The translations under genes and the position numbers were made by a program. DNA of 64,000 nt. Origin: Patescibacteria group bacterium. Its GTDB lineage: Bacteria; Patescibacteriota; Patescibacteriia; UBA2591; UBA6264. Under the pieces are notes generated by a model. It was given only the letters and a program-made list of their open reading frames with translations, had not been told where the DNA came from and made no database searches. Position 1 is the first letter of the stretch, and each line of letters starts with the position of its first letter. Positions 1 to 10,027 of the stretch are shown in pieces. The DNA lies in NCBI GenBank assembly GCA_028713575.1, contig JAQTOB010000003.1:1951-65950 (forward strand), given 5' to 3'.

Positions 1-542
1 CATTTGCCGTCAACGACTTCTTCATTGGCCAGACCGATTTTACAGCTCGGACACCAATTAATGGGCATTTCTTTTTTATAAGCTAATCCTTTTTTAAATA
101 ATTGAACAAATATCCATTGGGTCCACTTATAATACTTGGGGTCTGTGGTATTTATTTCTCGGCTCCAATCAAAAGAAAATCCCAATATTTTCATTTGTTT
201 TTTAAAAAACTCTGTATTTTCTTTGGTAATAATTCGGGGATTTTTCTTTTTTTTAATAGCATAATTCTCCGTGGGCAAACCAAAAGCATCCCAACCCATG
301 GGGAAAAGCACTTCATAGCCGGCCATTCTTTTAAAGCGAGCATAAACATCCGCGCCGGTAAAAGAAAAGGCGTGTCCGACATGCAGGCCAGATCCGGAAG
401 GATAAGGAAATTCAACTAAAACATATATTTTCTGCTTGTCTGAATTTTCTTGAGCCAAATAAATTCCCTCTTCGTCCCAAATCTTCCAAGTTTTCTCAAT
501 TTCTTTAAAATTTTGGCCATTTTCCTCTTGTTGATAACCCAT
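1..542 (-). CDS. leuS: leucyl-tRNA synthetase, N-terminal part (gene runs off window start)
   Basis: Minus-strand translation from ATG at 540-542 reads MGYQQEE...[57 protein letters not shown] is the class I HIGH motif, and the block is typical of the LeuRS N-terminus. Not in the ORF track because it is truncated. Confidence 0.85.
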   Translation of the reverse strand, partial: MGYQQEENGQNFKEIEKTWKIWDEEGIYLAQENSDKQKIYVLVEFPYPSGSGLHVGHAFSFTGADVYARFKRMAGYEVLFPMGWDAFGLPTENYAIKKKKNPRIITKENTEFFKKQMKILGFSFDWSREINTTDPKYYKWTQWIFVQLFKKGLAYKKEMPINWCPSCKIGLANEEVVDGK

Positions 543-625
543 ACTTGACTTTTAAAATAATAATGTTAATATATAAAAGTTATATAATTGTTATAACCTC
601 TCTAATGTAGCATAAATTTTCATTT

Positions 626-1789
626 ATGCAAGATAAAAATTATTATTCAATGGCGAAAAACATTGTTTTAAGCATTATTTATTTTTTCCGTTTTTTTCTT
701 CCGGGACAAAAACGGATTTTCTCCTTTAAAAAATTCACTTTGGCTGGAATTTTAATTCTAACAGCCATTTTTTCTTTTTCGCAAATAAATAAAAAACCAA
801 TAAATAAAGTAGAATTAAGTGAAGAAATTATTGTTGAAACCGGCTTGCCAATCCAAGCTGAAGAAATAGAGCACGACTTTCAAATCGCGGCTTGGCGAGA
901 ACCAGATGATATTTTGGGGTTAAGCGAGGAGTCGGAAATCGCCTTAATTTTCGGGGGGAGCGTCTTGGTGGCGCCGGAAACGGAAATTAATGAAAAAGAC
1001 ATTTATCGCCAAACTCGCACCGAGATTGAAACATATATTGTTCAACCGGGAGACACGATCAGCACTATTGCCGAAACATTTGGTCTCAATTGGAACACTA
1101 TTTTTTGGGCCAATAATTTAAACTACTGGTCAGTAATCAAACCCGGAAATGAATTAAAAATTCTACCGGTAAACGGATTAACTCATACAGTAAAAAGGGG
1201 AGAAAATATTTCTTCTATTGCCAGCAAATATAAATCCTCGGTTGAAAAAATCATAGAAATTAATAATTTAAGCGAAGAATTGGCGGTTCAGCCGGGTATG
1301 ATTTTAATTGTTCCTGACGGCACTCCGCCGCCTGCCCCGACTAAACCAAAATATGTATCTCCAAGTCCTCAATTAGTACAACAAAATTATTCTAATTATT
1401 GGGACTGGAGAAAAAATACTGATTGCCATTTATTTGTTTCCCGACAGTGCACTGATTGGGCTGCCTTTAAGTGGGCCAGCGAACAAGGTCAATGCGTGCC
1501 ATCTTGGAGCCATGCTCGATATTGGTTTAAAAACGCGCAAAAAGACGGCTATGAAACCGGAAACCAGCCAAAACAAGGGGCAATTATGGCCCTAACCTGC
1601 ACCAGCTGGATTTGCGGTTATTATGGACATGTGGCTTATGTGGAAGATTTTGACGAAAATACTGTCACTATTTCCGAAATGAACGGTTTAAAACGTTTAG
1701 AGCAATCAACTCGCTCTTTTAAAAATATCACTAATCAATGGCAGGGCGGTTGGAAAATTCTTGGTTATATTTATCCAAAAAACAAATAA
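626..1789 (+). CDS. secreted peptidoglycan hydrolase with two LysM repeats and C-terminal CHAP (Cys/His amidase-peptidase) domain
   Basis: N-terminal TM/signal. LysM-like blocks YIVQPGDTISTIAETFGL and HTVKRGENISSIASKY. C-terminus has a CHAP-like Cys...His arrangement (CTDWAAFKW ... GHVAYVE). Confidence 0.65.
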   Translation: MQDKNYYSMAKNIVLSIIYFFRFFLPGQKRIFSFKKFTLAGILILTAIFSFSQINKKPINKVELSEEIIVETGLPIQAEEIEHDFQIAAWREPDDILGLSEESEIALIFGGSVLVAPETEINEKDIYRQTRTEIETYIVQPGDTISTIAETFGLNWNTIFWANNLNYWSVIKPGNELKILPVNGLTHTVKRGENISSIASKYKSSVEKIIEINNLSEELAVQPGMILIVPDGTPPPAPTKPKYVSPSPQLVQQNYSNYWDWRKNTDCHLFVSRQCTDWAAFKWASEQGQCVPSWSHARYWFKNAQKDGYETGNQPKQGAIMALTCTSWICGYYGHVAYVEDFDENTVTISEMNGLKRLEQSTRSFKNITNQWQGGWKILGYIYPKNK

Positions 1790-1888
1790 AATAATGTTAT
1801 TTAAAAAAATTATAAAAAATATATAATAATGGGCGACCATCTGTGGTCGCCCATTTTAAATTATGTTAAATTGAAATAAATTGTTCTC

Positions 1889-2728
1889 CTAATACTCCCA
1901 CTGACTTCTAACTTTAAAGCCCCATTCTTTGGGAACATCTCCGTGAAAATCAGAACCAATGGTGATTTCCAGGTCATTTTCTTTGGCAACTTTTTGCCAG
2001 TGTTCCATCTCACTCCAAGAATGATGTGAGGAAATTGCCTCTAGTCCGTCAAGTCCCATTTTTTTAAACTCAACAATCAGGCCATCGTCTCGCCAAGAAA
2101 GATGCTGTCCAGGATGAGCCAAAACCGTCCAGCCGCCGGCTTTTTTAATTAATTTAATCGCTTGGATAAAGGGGAGTGTTGTTTCCGAACAAATTAAATG
2201 TCCATCTTTTCCCACAAAATATTTAGCGATAATTTCGGTAATGGGAATAATTTTACCGGGAAACCAATTAAAATCTTTTTTTATCCTCTTCCAATTTTGA
2301 GGATTTTTTTGAAAAGGCCCGGCCAAATGAATCAATCCTTGATATGAAGAAATAGTGTTAAAAACCTCTTTTTCATTTAATTTCCATCCGTCCATCTGAA
2401 GAATTTTAATCGCTTTTTTAATCCGGGGAATCCGTTGCCTCTGGAGTTCTTTTAGAGAAAAGCTCAAATTTTTATCACTTAAATTGAAATCATAGCCCAA
2501 AAGATGAAAAGATCTGCCCTGATAATCGGTGTAAATCTCCACCCCGGCAATGGCTTTTAGCCCCGCCTTTTTTGTTAAAATTAAAAATTCATCTACGCCG
2601 TCAATCGTGTTATGGTCTGTTAGGGCAACTTTTTGAAATTTCTTTTCCTTTAATTTTTTGACCAATTCCTTAGGAGAGTAAATTCCATCGGAATAATATG
2701 AATGAAAATGTAAGTCCGTTTTTATCAT
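1889..2728 (-). CDS. PHP-domain metal-dependent phosphoesterase
   Basis: N-terminal DLHFHSYYSDG and TDHNT motifs are characteristic of the PHP family. Overlaps the downstream kinase-like gene by 4 bp. Confidence 0.6.
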   Translation of the reverse strand: MIKTDLHFHSYYSDGIYSPKELVKKLKEKKFQKVALTDHNTIDGVDEFLILTKKAGLKAIAGVEIYTDYQGRSFHLLGYDFNLSDKNLSFSLKELQRQRIPRIKKAIKILQMDGWKLNEKEVFNTISSYQGLIHLAGPFQKNPQNWKRIKKDFNWFPGKIIPITEIIAKYFVGKDGHLICSETTLPFIQAIKLIKKAGGWTVLAHPGQHLSWRDDGLIVEFKKMGLDGLEAISSHHSWSEMEHWQKVAKENDLEITIGSDFHGDVPKEWGFKVRSQWEY

Positions 2729-3771
2729 TTTGATTTTAGTTCTAAAATTTTTTTTCTGGCCTCTGACAATAAAGTGGCCATCCCCCTTTTTTTATATTCC
2801 TCGTTGGTTTCCACAAAACTTAAAACAGCCGCCATTTCCAGTATCTTCTGGGCTTCAAAATAAAGCAAGCGGTATTGCTGATTTTTATTTATATGGCCGC
2901 CAAAATATGATCTTAAAAATTTTTTTCTAATTTTTATCCCCGCTGAAGAATAGGGAGCATAATAACGAAACATTGAGTCATTCTGAGCCAAAAATCCGCC
3001 CACATCTTCCAAGGGGTCTCCCCTAAAAGCATAACAAAAATCTATGAAAAAAAAGTTGTCTTGATGACAAACAATGTTCCCCCAATGAAAGTCTGAGTGA
3101 ACTAAACTAAAATTTGATGGTGTTAAAAAAAATTCTTCGTGTTTTTTTCTCAAATCCCATAATTCTTTTAAGAGAAGATAAAATTCGGAATAAATTTCCG
3201 GCGCGCATTTTCTGACCAAAAAAAACCAATGCCTCCGTTCTTTTTTTTCTTGTTTAATGTCTTTAATTGGCAAAAATGAAAGTCCTTTTTTAAGATGATG
3301 AATTTTTTTTAAGAAAATCGCAGCTGAAGAAATTATTTTTAAAAGTGGCTTTATTTTTTTCTGAGATAAAAGCGTTTCTGAAGAAATCCCCGTCGTTTCT
3401 AAATAAAATAAAATGTTTAAGGGCTGATAATAATAAATAAATAAAGGGATGTTGTCTCCGAGCCTGTTTTTGTTTAAAAATTTAAGAACGTTTCCGTCTC
3501 GCCGAGGCGAATCCTGAAATTTATGGGTCCTGGCTCTGATTATTTTTTCTCCAAAATCAGTAAATAATGTATATTTAAGGGTCATGTTTCTGAATTTTCC
3601 TCGAAAATTTCTAACCAAATCAATTTTTATGTCCTTTAATTCTTCTTTTTTGTTTAAAAAAAAATTTTTTCTTTTTTCAAAAAACAAAAGCATATACCTA
3701 TAATCCAGGACCTTTTTAATGTTTCCTGTTTTAGGAATTTTGATAAAAATCATAAATGCCTTGCCTCTCAT
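2725..3771 (-). CDS. aminoglycoside/choline-kinase-like phosphotransferase (APH fold)
   Basis: Brenner motif HSDFHWGNIV and downstream IDFCYAFRGDPLED (DFG-like, Mg-binding) are typical of APH/ChoK-family kinases. Confidence 0.55.
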   Translation of the reverse strand: MRGKAFMIFIKIPKTGNIKKVLDYRYMLLFFEKRKNFFLNKKEELKDIKIDLVRNFRGKFRNMTLKYTLFTDFGEKIIRARTHKFQDSPRRDGNVLKFLNKNRLGDNIPLFIYYYQPLNILFYLETTGISSETLLSQKKIKPLLKIISSAAIFLKKIHHLKKGLSFLPIKDIKQEKKERRHWFFLVRKCAPEIYSEFYLLLKELWDLRKKHEEFFLTPSNFSLVHSDFHWGNIVCHQDNFFFIDFCYAFRGDPLEDVGGFLAQNDSMFRYYAPYSSAGIKIRKKFLRSYFGGHINKNQQYRLLYFEAQKILEMAAVLSFVETNEEYKKRGMATLLSEARKKILELKSK

Positions 3772-3940
3772 TTAGTCTTTTAATAAAGCGTCAAAACTAA
3801 ATAAGGGAAATAAACTTTTTAATCTTGCCCAAATAAAGGGCTTCTCTAAGGGCAATGCCAATTCTATAAATACATATAAAGACTACGAATTCGCAGCATT
3901 TGTATGGTTAATTCGCATTAATTTGTATCGCTACTTTTTC

Positions 3941-5920
3941 TTATTTTTTCCTCTGTCTTGATATTTTAAATTTAAAACCGGGTTTACTCTTTTTATAAGA
4001 AATGATGGTTGTTTTTTCGCCACGATTATTTTTTTTAAAAAACACCTGTCGCCAATCTTTGCTCTCCACCAGAACAGATAAGTCTGCCGACTGGTGGAAG
4101 ATGTCTTTTTCCAATAATCTTAAAATTTTAAAAACCAGGCTTTGATTTTTAACGATTATCTTTACTTTTCCCCGACGATGATGATAAAAACACTGTCCTG
4201 GTTGATGATAAATCTCCGTCCGGGAAAACTTCATCAAACTCATTTCATCCCAACCGTGTTCTCCTAAACAATACTCTATTTCTTTTGAGGGAATTTCGCA
4301 GAAATAAAAATTGTCATCTTTGTCCCAAGAAAAACCCAGGGGTCGTTCGCTTTGGTTTTGATTTTTTAATGTTTTTTTTATTTCTTCAAAAAGCTGTTTC
4401 GGTTGTTTTTTAATAAAATTATTTTTTTGCCAGTCAATAAAATGTTTCTGGGCAAAAAAAGAAAATTCTTCCGGCGCGTGTTCCCAATAATCTTTAAGTG
4501 AGGGCAATTGACGAACCTGACGCAGGTCGTCAACTACATGTAAAACATCATGGACATCCATACCGCTTTTTAATTTATAAATCGCGTCGCGCCATTTAAT
4601 GGCTTTTTCAAATTCTTGACTGACAACTGCTTTCTTCATCTCGTCTTCAAATTCCAATATCATGGAATTAAATTGGCCGGCCAATACTCTTTTTTTATAA
4701 GGAACGGACTTCCATGTTTTCATAGCCCGACGATAAGCCCGCCTGATTTTTCCGCTCCGTTGCCAATCAAAAGCAATACCAATTATTTGTTGATAATAAT
4801 TTTCCGCCTGTTCTCTTATTTTTAAAGAAACGTTCGGTATAGAAAAAACAACCTGTTTCAGGGCGTGAGCTCCTTGTTCTATCATTTCTAATGACCACCA
4901 CGGTTTGGCCGAGGCCCACCAATACTGATCAGATTGTATGGCCTTGTCCATTTTGTCTCTTATTTTTTCATATCCCGATATTTGATGGTCAATTTTGTTA
5001 ATTAAGCCAAAAACAAAATAAGTGAATTTCCATTGAAATTGGTGAATGGGATTTTGGGGATGCGACCAAAGAGTAAATGAATGTTCCTTTTTTTTGTCCA
5101 GCCAGAAGTCCTGTTCTTCAGAAGACCAAGTGCTGTCCCTTGGCTCAATAATTTCAGAAACGCCAAATTTTTCAATCAAGTCAGAAACAAAAACTTGCGG
5201 TATTTTTTTATTTTTATATATACTAAAAAGAAATTCTTCTAATCCCGGCCGATGATGACCAAATGTTTCCGCGTCCATTACAGTCAATAAATAACGGTCT
5301 TTCTTAATTTCTTCCTTTCCCGCTTCTTGTATAAAAGATTCAAAATGGCGAACAATGGCCGAAAGAATCAAAACGCTTATTCTTTTGTCTCTGAAAATTA
5401 TTTTAAAATCATTTAAATCTTTGATTGAATATATTTTTTTAAAATCAGGCTTTGTTGGGGCGGCCAATTCTTCAGCGATTATCCAATCAAACCCCGCCTC
5501 TTTTGCCGTTTGCGCCACCTTTTTACTGTAAGCGAGCTCGGGAGAAAAAAATCCTTGCGGTTGCCAGGCATCGCCAAAATATTTTTTATTGGTTCTGTTA
5601 TTTAATTCTATTTGTCTTTTAATTTCCTCCTTTGGTAAAAGAGGAAGAAAGGGATGATATTTTACTCCGCCCGTAAATTGAACCTGTCCTCTTTTTGCCA
5701 GCATCTCTATTTGTTTGATAACATCTTGATATCCGTTTTTGAACAAGGTTTCGGTTAAACCAGCGTTTATGTTAATTGTTAGTTTTGCCTTCTTGTTTAA
5801 AAGCAATCCTTTTAAAATTTTTCTATAACTTTCCTCAACAATCCTCTCTAAAATATCCTTTTGTTGATTATATGGTTGATAAAAATGCAAAAAATTGGCC
5901 CAATGCATAAAATTATTCAT
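3941..5920 (-). CDS. glycoside hydrolase family 57 protein (long form; candidate GH57 alpha-glucan branching enzyme or glucanotransferase)
   Basis: GH57 conserved regions are present: FFSPELAYS (Glu nucleophile region) and TVMDAETFGHH (Asp acid/base region). 659 aa with a long C-terminal extension. Sits in an operon with glgA. Confidence 0.65.
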   Translation of the reverse strand: MNNFMHWANFLHFYQPYNQQKDILERIVEESYRKILKGLLLNKKAKLTININAGLTETLFKNGYQDVIKQIEMLAKRGQVQFTGGVKYHPFLPLLPKEEIKRQIELNNRTNKKYFGDAWQPQGFFSPELAYSKKVAQTAKEAGFDWIIAEELAAPTKPDFKKIYSIKDLNDFKIIFRDKRISVLILSAIVRHFESFIQEAGKEEIKKDRYLLTVMDAETFGHHRPGLEEFLFSIYKNKKIPQVFVSDLIEKFGVSEIIEPRDSTWSSEEQDFWLDKKKEHSFTLWSHPQNPIHQFQWKFTYFVFGLINKIDHQISGYEKIRDKMDKAIQSDQYWWASAKPWWSLEMIEQGAHALKQVVFSIPNVSLKIREQAENYYQQIIGIAFDWQRSGKIRRAYRRAMKTWKSVPYKKRVLAGQFNSMILEFEDEMKKAVVSQEFEKAIKWRDAIYKLKSGMDVHDVLHVVDDLRQVRQLPSLKDYWEHAPEEFSFFAQKHFIDWQKNNFIKKQPKQLFEEIKKTLKNQNQSERPLGFSWDKDDNFYFCEIPSKEIEYCLGEHGWDEMSLMKFSRTEIYHQPGQCFYHHRRGKVKIIVKNQSLVFKILRLLEKDIFHQSADLSVLVESKDWRQVFFKKNNRGEKTTIISYKKSKPGFKFKISRQRKK

Positions 5921-7083
5921 TTTATTGTTTTTTTGATTTCTGTCGCCTTTAAAATCTCTTTTAATAAAAATTTTATTTTCTTCTTTTTATCTGATTTTAA
6001 ATTTTTCTCCAAAAGTTTGAATATTTTTGAAAAATATTCCGCGCCAAGAAAAATCATACTTGGACCCCACCATGGTCGATTTGATGCCCACCAACAAGGG
6101 TCAGAAAACAGGGCTTTATCTAAAGTTTCTCTGGCCTCCACATAATTATTATCTTTAACAGATTGATAAACCAATTTTAAAATCAATTTTGTAAGTTGTT
6201 TAAAATTTTTGTGAATTTGATTTTTAGGGTCTGACCATAAAGGATAAAAATTGTTATTTTTAATATCCATTAATTCCGTTGCCCAACTGGATTTTAAAGG
6301 ACTTACTTTCTCCGTCTGGCCCGTTTTCAATAATCCCAGATACTGGGAATAATTAATCATAACAATTCGGGAATCAAGGGCTATTTCTTTCCAAATATCA
6401 ATTAAATAATTTTGATGATGTCCAAGATTTTCTCCATCAAAAGCCGTTATTAAAAACTTATTTTTTCTGCCGTTTCTTCCGGCTGCTGAAAAAAATTTGT
6501 CAACTGAATCAAGCCAATCGCCAAAAAACGTCGCACTCAGTCCGCGATTTCGGAAAACAATTTTAATTTCTTTGTTAAGAAATATTTTTAATTTATAAAT
6601 TTTATCAAAACTTACTTTGCCAAAATTTCCTTGATAGGCTATCTCGTCTAAAGCAATCCATTGATATCCTTTTTGCCTGATAACTTTTGCCGCCCTTTTA
6701 CTATAGGCCATTTCTGGAAGGAAAAATCCTTGTGGTCGCCAAACAGCGCCAAAATATTTTTTGTTTATTTTTTCGTTCAAATCAATTTGTCTAATTATTT
6801 CTTTCTTGGGTAAAAATGGCAAAATTGGATGATAAGCGGCAGACCCCGTTAATTCTATTTGTCCATTTTCTGCCAATTTTTTGATTCTGATTATAATGTC
6901 CTGATGGCCAGAAGCACTCAATTGTTCGGTTAAAGACGCGCAGATATTCAAACTTATTTTTATTTTTTGACAAGATTCTAAAATATTTAGAATTCTATTA
7001 TAAGATTCAAAAACAACCTCATCAATGATTTTCTTTTTTTGTCCTGGCGGTTGATAAATGTGCAAAAGATTGGCCCAATACAT
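5917..7083 (-). CDS. glycoside hydrolase family 57 protein (short paralog)
   Basis: Same GH57 regions (FFLPEMAYS, TAFDGENLGHH). N-terminus MYWANLLHIYQP parallels the downstream paralog. ATGA start/stop overlap with the neighbour. Confidence 0.6.
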   Translation of the reverse strand: MYWANLLHIYQPPGQKKKIIDEVVFESYNRILNILESCQKIKISLNICASLTEQLSASGHQDIIIRIKKLAENGQIELTGSAAYHPILPFLPKKEIIRQIDLNEKINKKYFGAVWRPQGFFLPEMAYSKRAAKVIRQKGYQWIALDEIAYQGNFGKVSFDKIYKLKIFLNKEIKIVFRNRGLSATFFGDWLDSVDKFFSAAGRNGRKNKFLITAFDGENLGHHQNYLIDIWKEIALDSRIVMINYSQYLGLLKTGQTEKVSPLKSSWATELMDIKNNNFYPLWSDPKNQIHKNFKQLTKLILKLVYQSVKDNNYVEARETLDKALFSDPCWWASNRPWWGPSMIFLGAEYFSKIFKLLEKNLKSDKKKKIKFLLKEILKATEIKKTIK

Positions 7084-7132
7084 AAATGTTTCGTTAAATT
7101 AAAATTTTAAAATGAAAGGTAAAAAATTATTT

Positions 7133-8635
7133 TTACTTTTCTTTTATTGTTTTTGCTTTTTCGTTTTTAGTTCTCATCTTCTTAATCGCTTTTCTATATA
7201 AAACCACGTATTTTTTGGCCGGCAATGTCCAAGAATAAGACTCTTTCATACTTCGACGAACCAAGTTCCGCCAAGCGGCCTCTCTTTTATGGTTTTCTAA
7301 AGCTCGAGCAATGGCAAATAACAAATCATAAGAATTATAAGAACGAAAAACAAAACCATTCCCTCGCCCCGTGGCCGAATTATAATCGCTAACCGTGTCT
7401 AAAAGACCGCCCACGGCATGAACAATGGGAATGGAGCCATAACGCAAACTGATTAACTGAGAAATGCCGCACGGCTCAAAACGGGAAGGCATTAAATAAA
7501 TATCTGAAGCCGCATATATTTTACGGGCAATGTCTTCTCTAAAAGGAGAAATAAATAATAATTTTTTAGGGAACGCCTTTTGACTCTTCCTTAAAATTTC
7601 CCTGTATTTGCCGCCACCGCTACCAACCACAACAATCTGTAAATCTTTTTTTAAAAGATGGTCCAAGAGATTGATTATCAGTTCAAACCCTTTTTGCTCC
7701 GTTAGTCTATTTGCCAAACCAATTATAGGAATTTTGGCATTCACTTCCAAATTATATTTTTTTTGAAAGATAAGTTTATTTTCTATTTTTTTTTCCAAAA
7801 CATTTATATCATAATGGACATAAATATTCGGGTCAAATTGAGGATTAAAAATGGCATAATCTATGCCGTTAATTATACCATAAATATCTTTTTCTCGTTT
7901 TTTAAAATGCTTCTCCATTTGGCAACCATATTCTTCGGTCATTATCTCCTGGGCATACCGCAGACTGACAGTATTGATAATATCCGCATTTAAAACCGCT
8001 CTTTTTACAAAATTAATCCATTCTGTTTTCTTGAGATTTTCCGGTGGCAAATTTCTTCCGTTATCTTTTTTATTGATAGGAATTTTCCACCAATCCTTTG
8101 GTCCTTGAAAAAGTAAATTATGAATGGTAAATAAAGTGGCGACATTTTTGAATTTTTCTTCCTTTTTATATTTTATTTTTAAATAATTTGGGATTAAACC
8201 GGTATGCCAGTCATGGCAATGAATCACTTGCGGTTCAAATTTTAAATTTTTAATCAATTCTATGGCTGCTAAATTAAAAAGTAAAAATCTTAAACCATTA
8301 TCTGGATAATTATACATTTCCGACCCTCTTTTGTGGCGAGACCCAAATAGCCTTTGTTGACAAATAAAAAATACCGGGTATTTGTCCGGACAAATGGCCT
8401 TTTTAAAACCAAATTTATATTCTTGACCGTCGAAATTCAATGATAAATGAATGTTTAAATTTTCTACTGTCCATTTGTCCTCTTTTATAAAGCCGTAATA
8501 AGGAGTAATCGCCATTACTTGATGTCCCAACCGCTTTAAAGCTCGGGGCAAAGAACGGGTAACATCGGCTAGCCCGCCGCTTTTTGAATAAGGAGAAATT
8601 TCTGAACTAACATGGACAATTTTTAAAGCTCTCAT
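7133..8635 (-). CDS. glgA: glycogen (starch) synthase, GT5
   Basis: N-terminal KIVHVSSEISPYSKSGGLADV (K-x-GGL motif). Length 500 aa. Confidence 0.85.
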   Translation of the reverse strand: MRALKIVHVSSEISPYSKSGGLADVTRSLPRALKRLGHQVMAITPYYGFIKEDKWTVENLNIHLSLNFDGQEYKFGFKKAICPDKYPVFFICQQRLFGSRHKRGSEMYNYPDNGLRFLLFNLAAIELIKNLKFEPQVIHCHDWHTGLIPNYLKIKYKKEEKFKNVATLFTIHNLLFQGPKDWWKIPINKKDNGRNLPPENLKKTEWINFVKRAVLNADIINTVSLRYAQEIMTEEYGCQMEKHFKKREKDIYGIINGIDYAIFNPQFDPNIYVHYDINVLEKKIENKLIFQKKYNLEVNAKIPIIGLANRLTEQKGFELIINLLDHLLKKDLQIVVVGSGGGKYREILRKSQKAFPKKLLFISPFREDIARKIYAASDIYLMPSRFEPCGISQLISLRYGSIPIVHAVGGLLDTVSDYNSATGRGNGFVFRSYNSYDLLFAIARALENHKREAAWRNLVRRSMKESYSWTLPAKKYVVLYRKAIKKMRTKNEKAKTIKEK

Positions 8636-9111
8636 AAATTAAAATTTTTTGTTTGAGCACAAGTAATGGCAATTGCCAAAGCATCGGCAACATCGTCTGG
8701 CTGGGGTATTTTTTCAAGGCATAAAATTGATTTTACCATTTTTTGTATCTGTTCTTTTGAAGCTCGACCATAACCTGTTAAGGCCTGTTTTACTTGAAGC
8801 GGGGTATATTCTTTAATTGTTATATCGTTTTGCGCCGCCAAGAGCGCGGCAATTCCCCTGCTTTCGCTGACTTTCATGGCTGTTTTGGCGTTTTTGGCGA
8901 AAAAAATGGTTTCAATCGCTATGATGTTTGGTTTATATTTTTTAATCAACAAATCTATTTCTTGATATATTTGTAAAATTCTTTGGCTAAAAATTTTCTG
9001 AGAAGAAGTTCTGACGCATCCATAATCGGAAACAAAAAATTTATTTTTCTTAAAAACAAGAATTGCATAGCCAACAATAGCAATGCCGGGGTCAATACCT
9101 AAAATAATCAT
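8632..9111 (-). CDS. ruvC: Holliday junction resolvase RuvC
   Basis: MIILGIDPGIAIVGYAIL start. Size 159 aa. RNase H-like fold motifs. Confidence 0.8.
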   Translation of the reverse strand: MIILGIDPGIAIVGYAILVFKKNKFFVSDYGCVRTSSQKIFSQRILQIYQEIDLLIKKYKPNIIAIETIFFAKNAKTAMKVSESRGIAALLAAQNDITIKEYTPLQVKQALTGYGRASKEQIQKMVKSILCLEKIPQPDDVADALAIAITCAQTKNFNL

Positions 9112-9216
9112 AAAAACATAAAAATATTAAAACATTAAAACAAACAACTCTTATTCTAATCCATTTTTTAATTCATTAATAGTTTTTTATTCTCTTGTTC
9201 TTGTGTTTTAATAAGA

Positions 9217-9939
9217 CTATTCTATATTAGTATAATAACTATTAATGTCTTGGTCTTCATCTAATTCAATAAAAATATTGTCTATTTTAGATTGAGTTGA
9301 TTCGTCTACTTTTATTGGGTCTTTGGCAAACCATTCTATTTCTGCCGATTCTATGCTAATGGCGTTATCTTCTATATGTTTTTTTATCCGCTCAAGGTCT
9401 TCCAATTTTATATAAATAACCAATCCTTCTTCCTCGTTTTTAATATCTTCGGCGCCAAAATCAATCATCTTCAATTCTAAGTCTTCCGGGCTTCCTTTTA
9501 TTTCTTCCTTAAGAATCCTAATGACCCCCTTTTTCTCAAACATCCAAAGAACTGAATTTTGCCCCCCTAAATTTCCGCCATATTTATTAAAAATCCTTCT
9601 TAGACTGGAAACTGTCCTGTTTTTATTGTCAGTTAGAGCTTCTATTAAAATAGTGGTCCCGTTTGGTCCAAAGGCCTCATAAATAACTTCTTCTATTTGC
9701 TCGCCAGCCAACTCGCCAGTTCCTCTTTTAATCGCTCGTTCAATGTTGTCTTTTGGCAAATTGGCCTTTTTTGCCCTCTCAATTGCCAGGCGCAATTTAA
9801 AATTAGTTTCCATGTCCTTACCTCCTTGTCTGGCCGCAATAGTAATGGCATGTCCCAATTTAGTAAAAATGGCGCTTTTCTTTGCGTCCAGCGCTCCTTT
9901 AAAATGCTTAAGTTTTGCCCATTTTGAGTGTCCGCTCAT
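9217..9939 (-). CDS. yebC: YebC/PmpR family DNA-binding transcriptional regulator
   Basis: MSGHSKWAKLKHFKGALDAKKSAIFTKL is the hallmark N-terminus of this family. 240 aa. Confidence 0.85.
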   Translation of the reverse strand: MSGHSKWAKLKHFKGALDAKKSAIFTKLGHAITIAARQGGKDMETNFKLRLAIERAKKANLPKDNIERAIKRGTGELAGEQIEEVIYEAFGPNGTTILIEALTDNKNRTVSSLRRIFNKYGGNLGGQNSVLWMFEKKGVIRILKEEIKGSPEDLELKMIDFGAEDIKNEEEGLVIYIKLEDLERIKKHIEDNAISIESAEIEWFAKDPIKVDESTQSKIDNIFIELDEDQDINSYYTNIE

Positions 9940-10027
9940 ACTGTTTATAAATTAACAACCATATTATATCAAAATTAATTGTTTTAAACAATAGACAATC
10001 ATAAATCTTTGTGTTAAATTTAATAAC

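Noticed and set aside
102-419. ORFs 102..419(+) and 191..415(-) from the six-frame track
   Set aside because: Both lie inside the clearly recognisable minus-strand leuS N-terminal coding region (HIGH motif) and are alternative-frame artefacts.
4616-7993. Short ORFs 4616..4825, 5046..5255, 5861..6145, 6791..6973, 7763..7993
   Set aside because: Embedded in the opposite or alternative frame of well-supported GH57 and glgA genes. No motifs. Typical AT-rich spurious ORFs.
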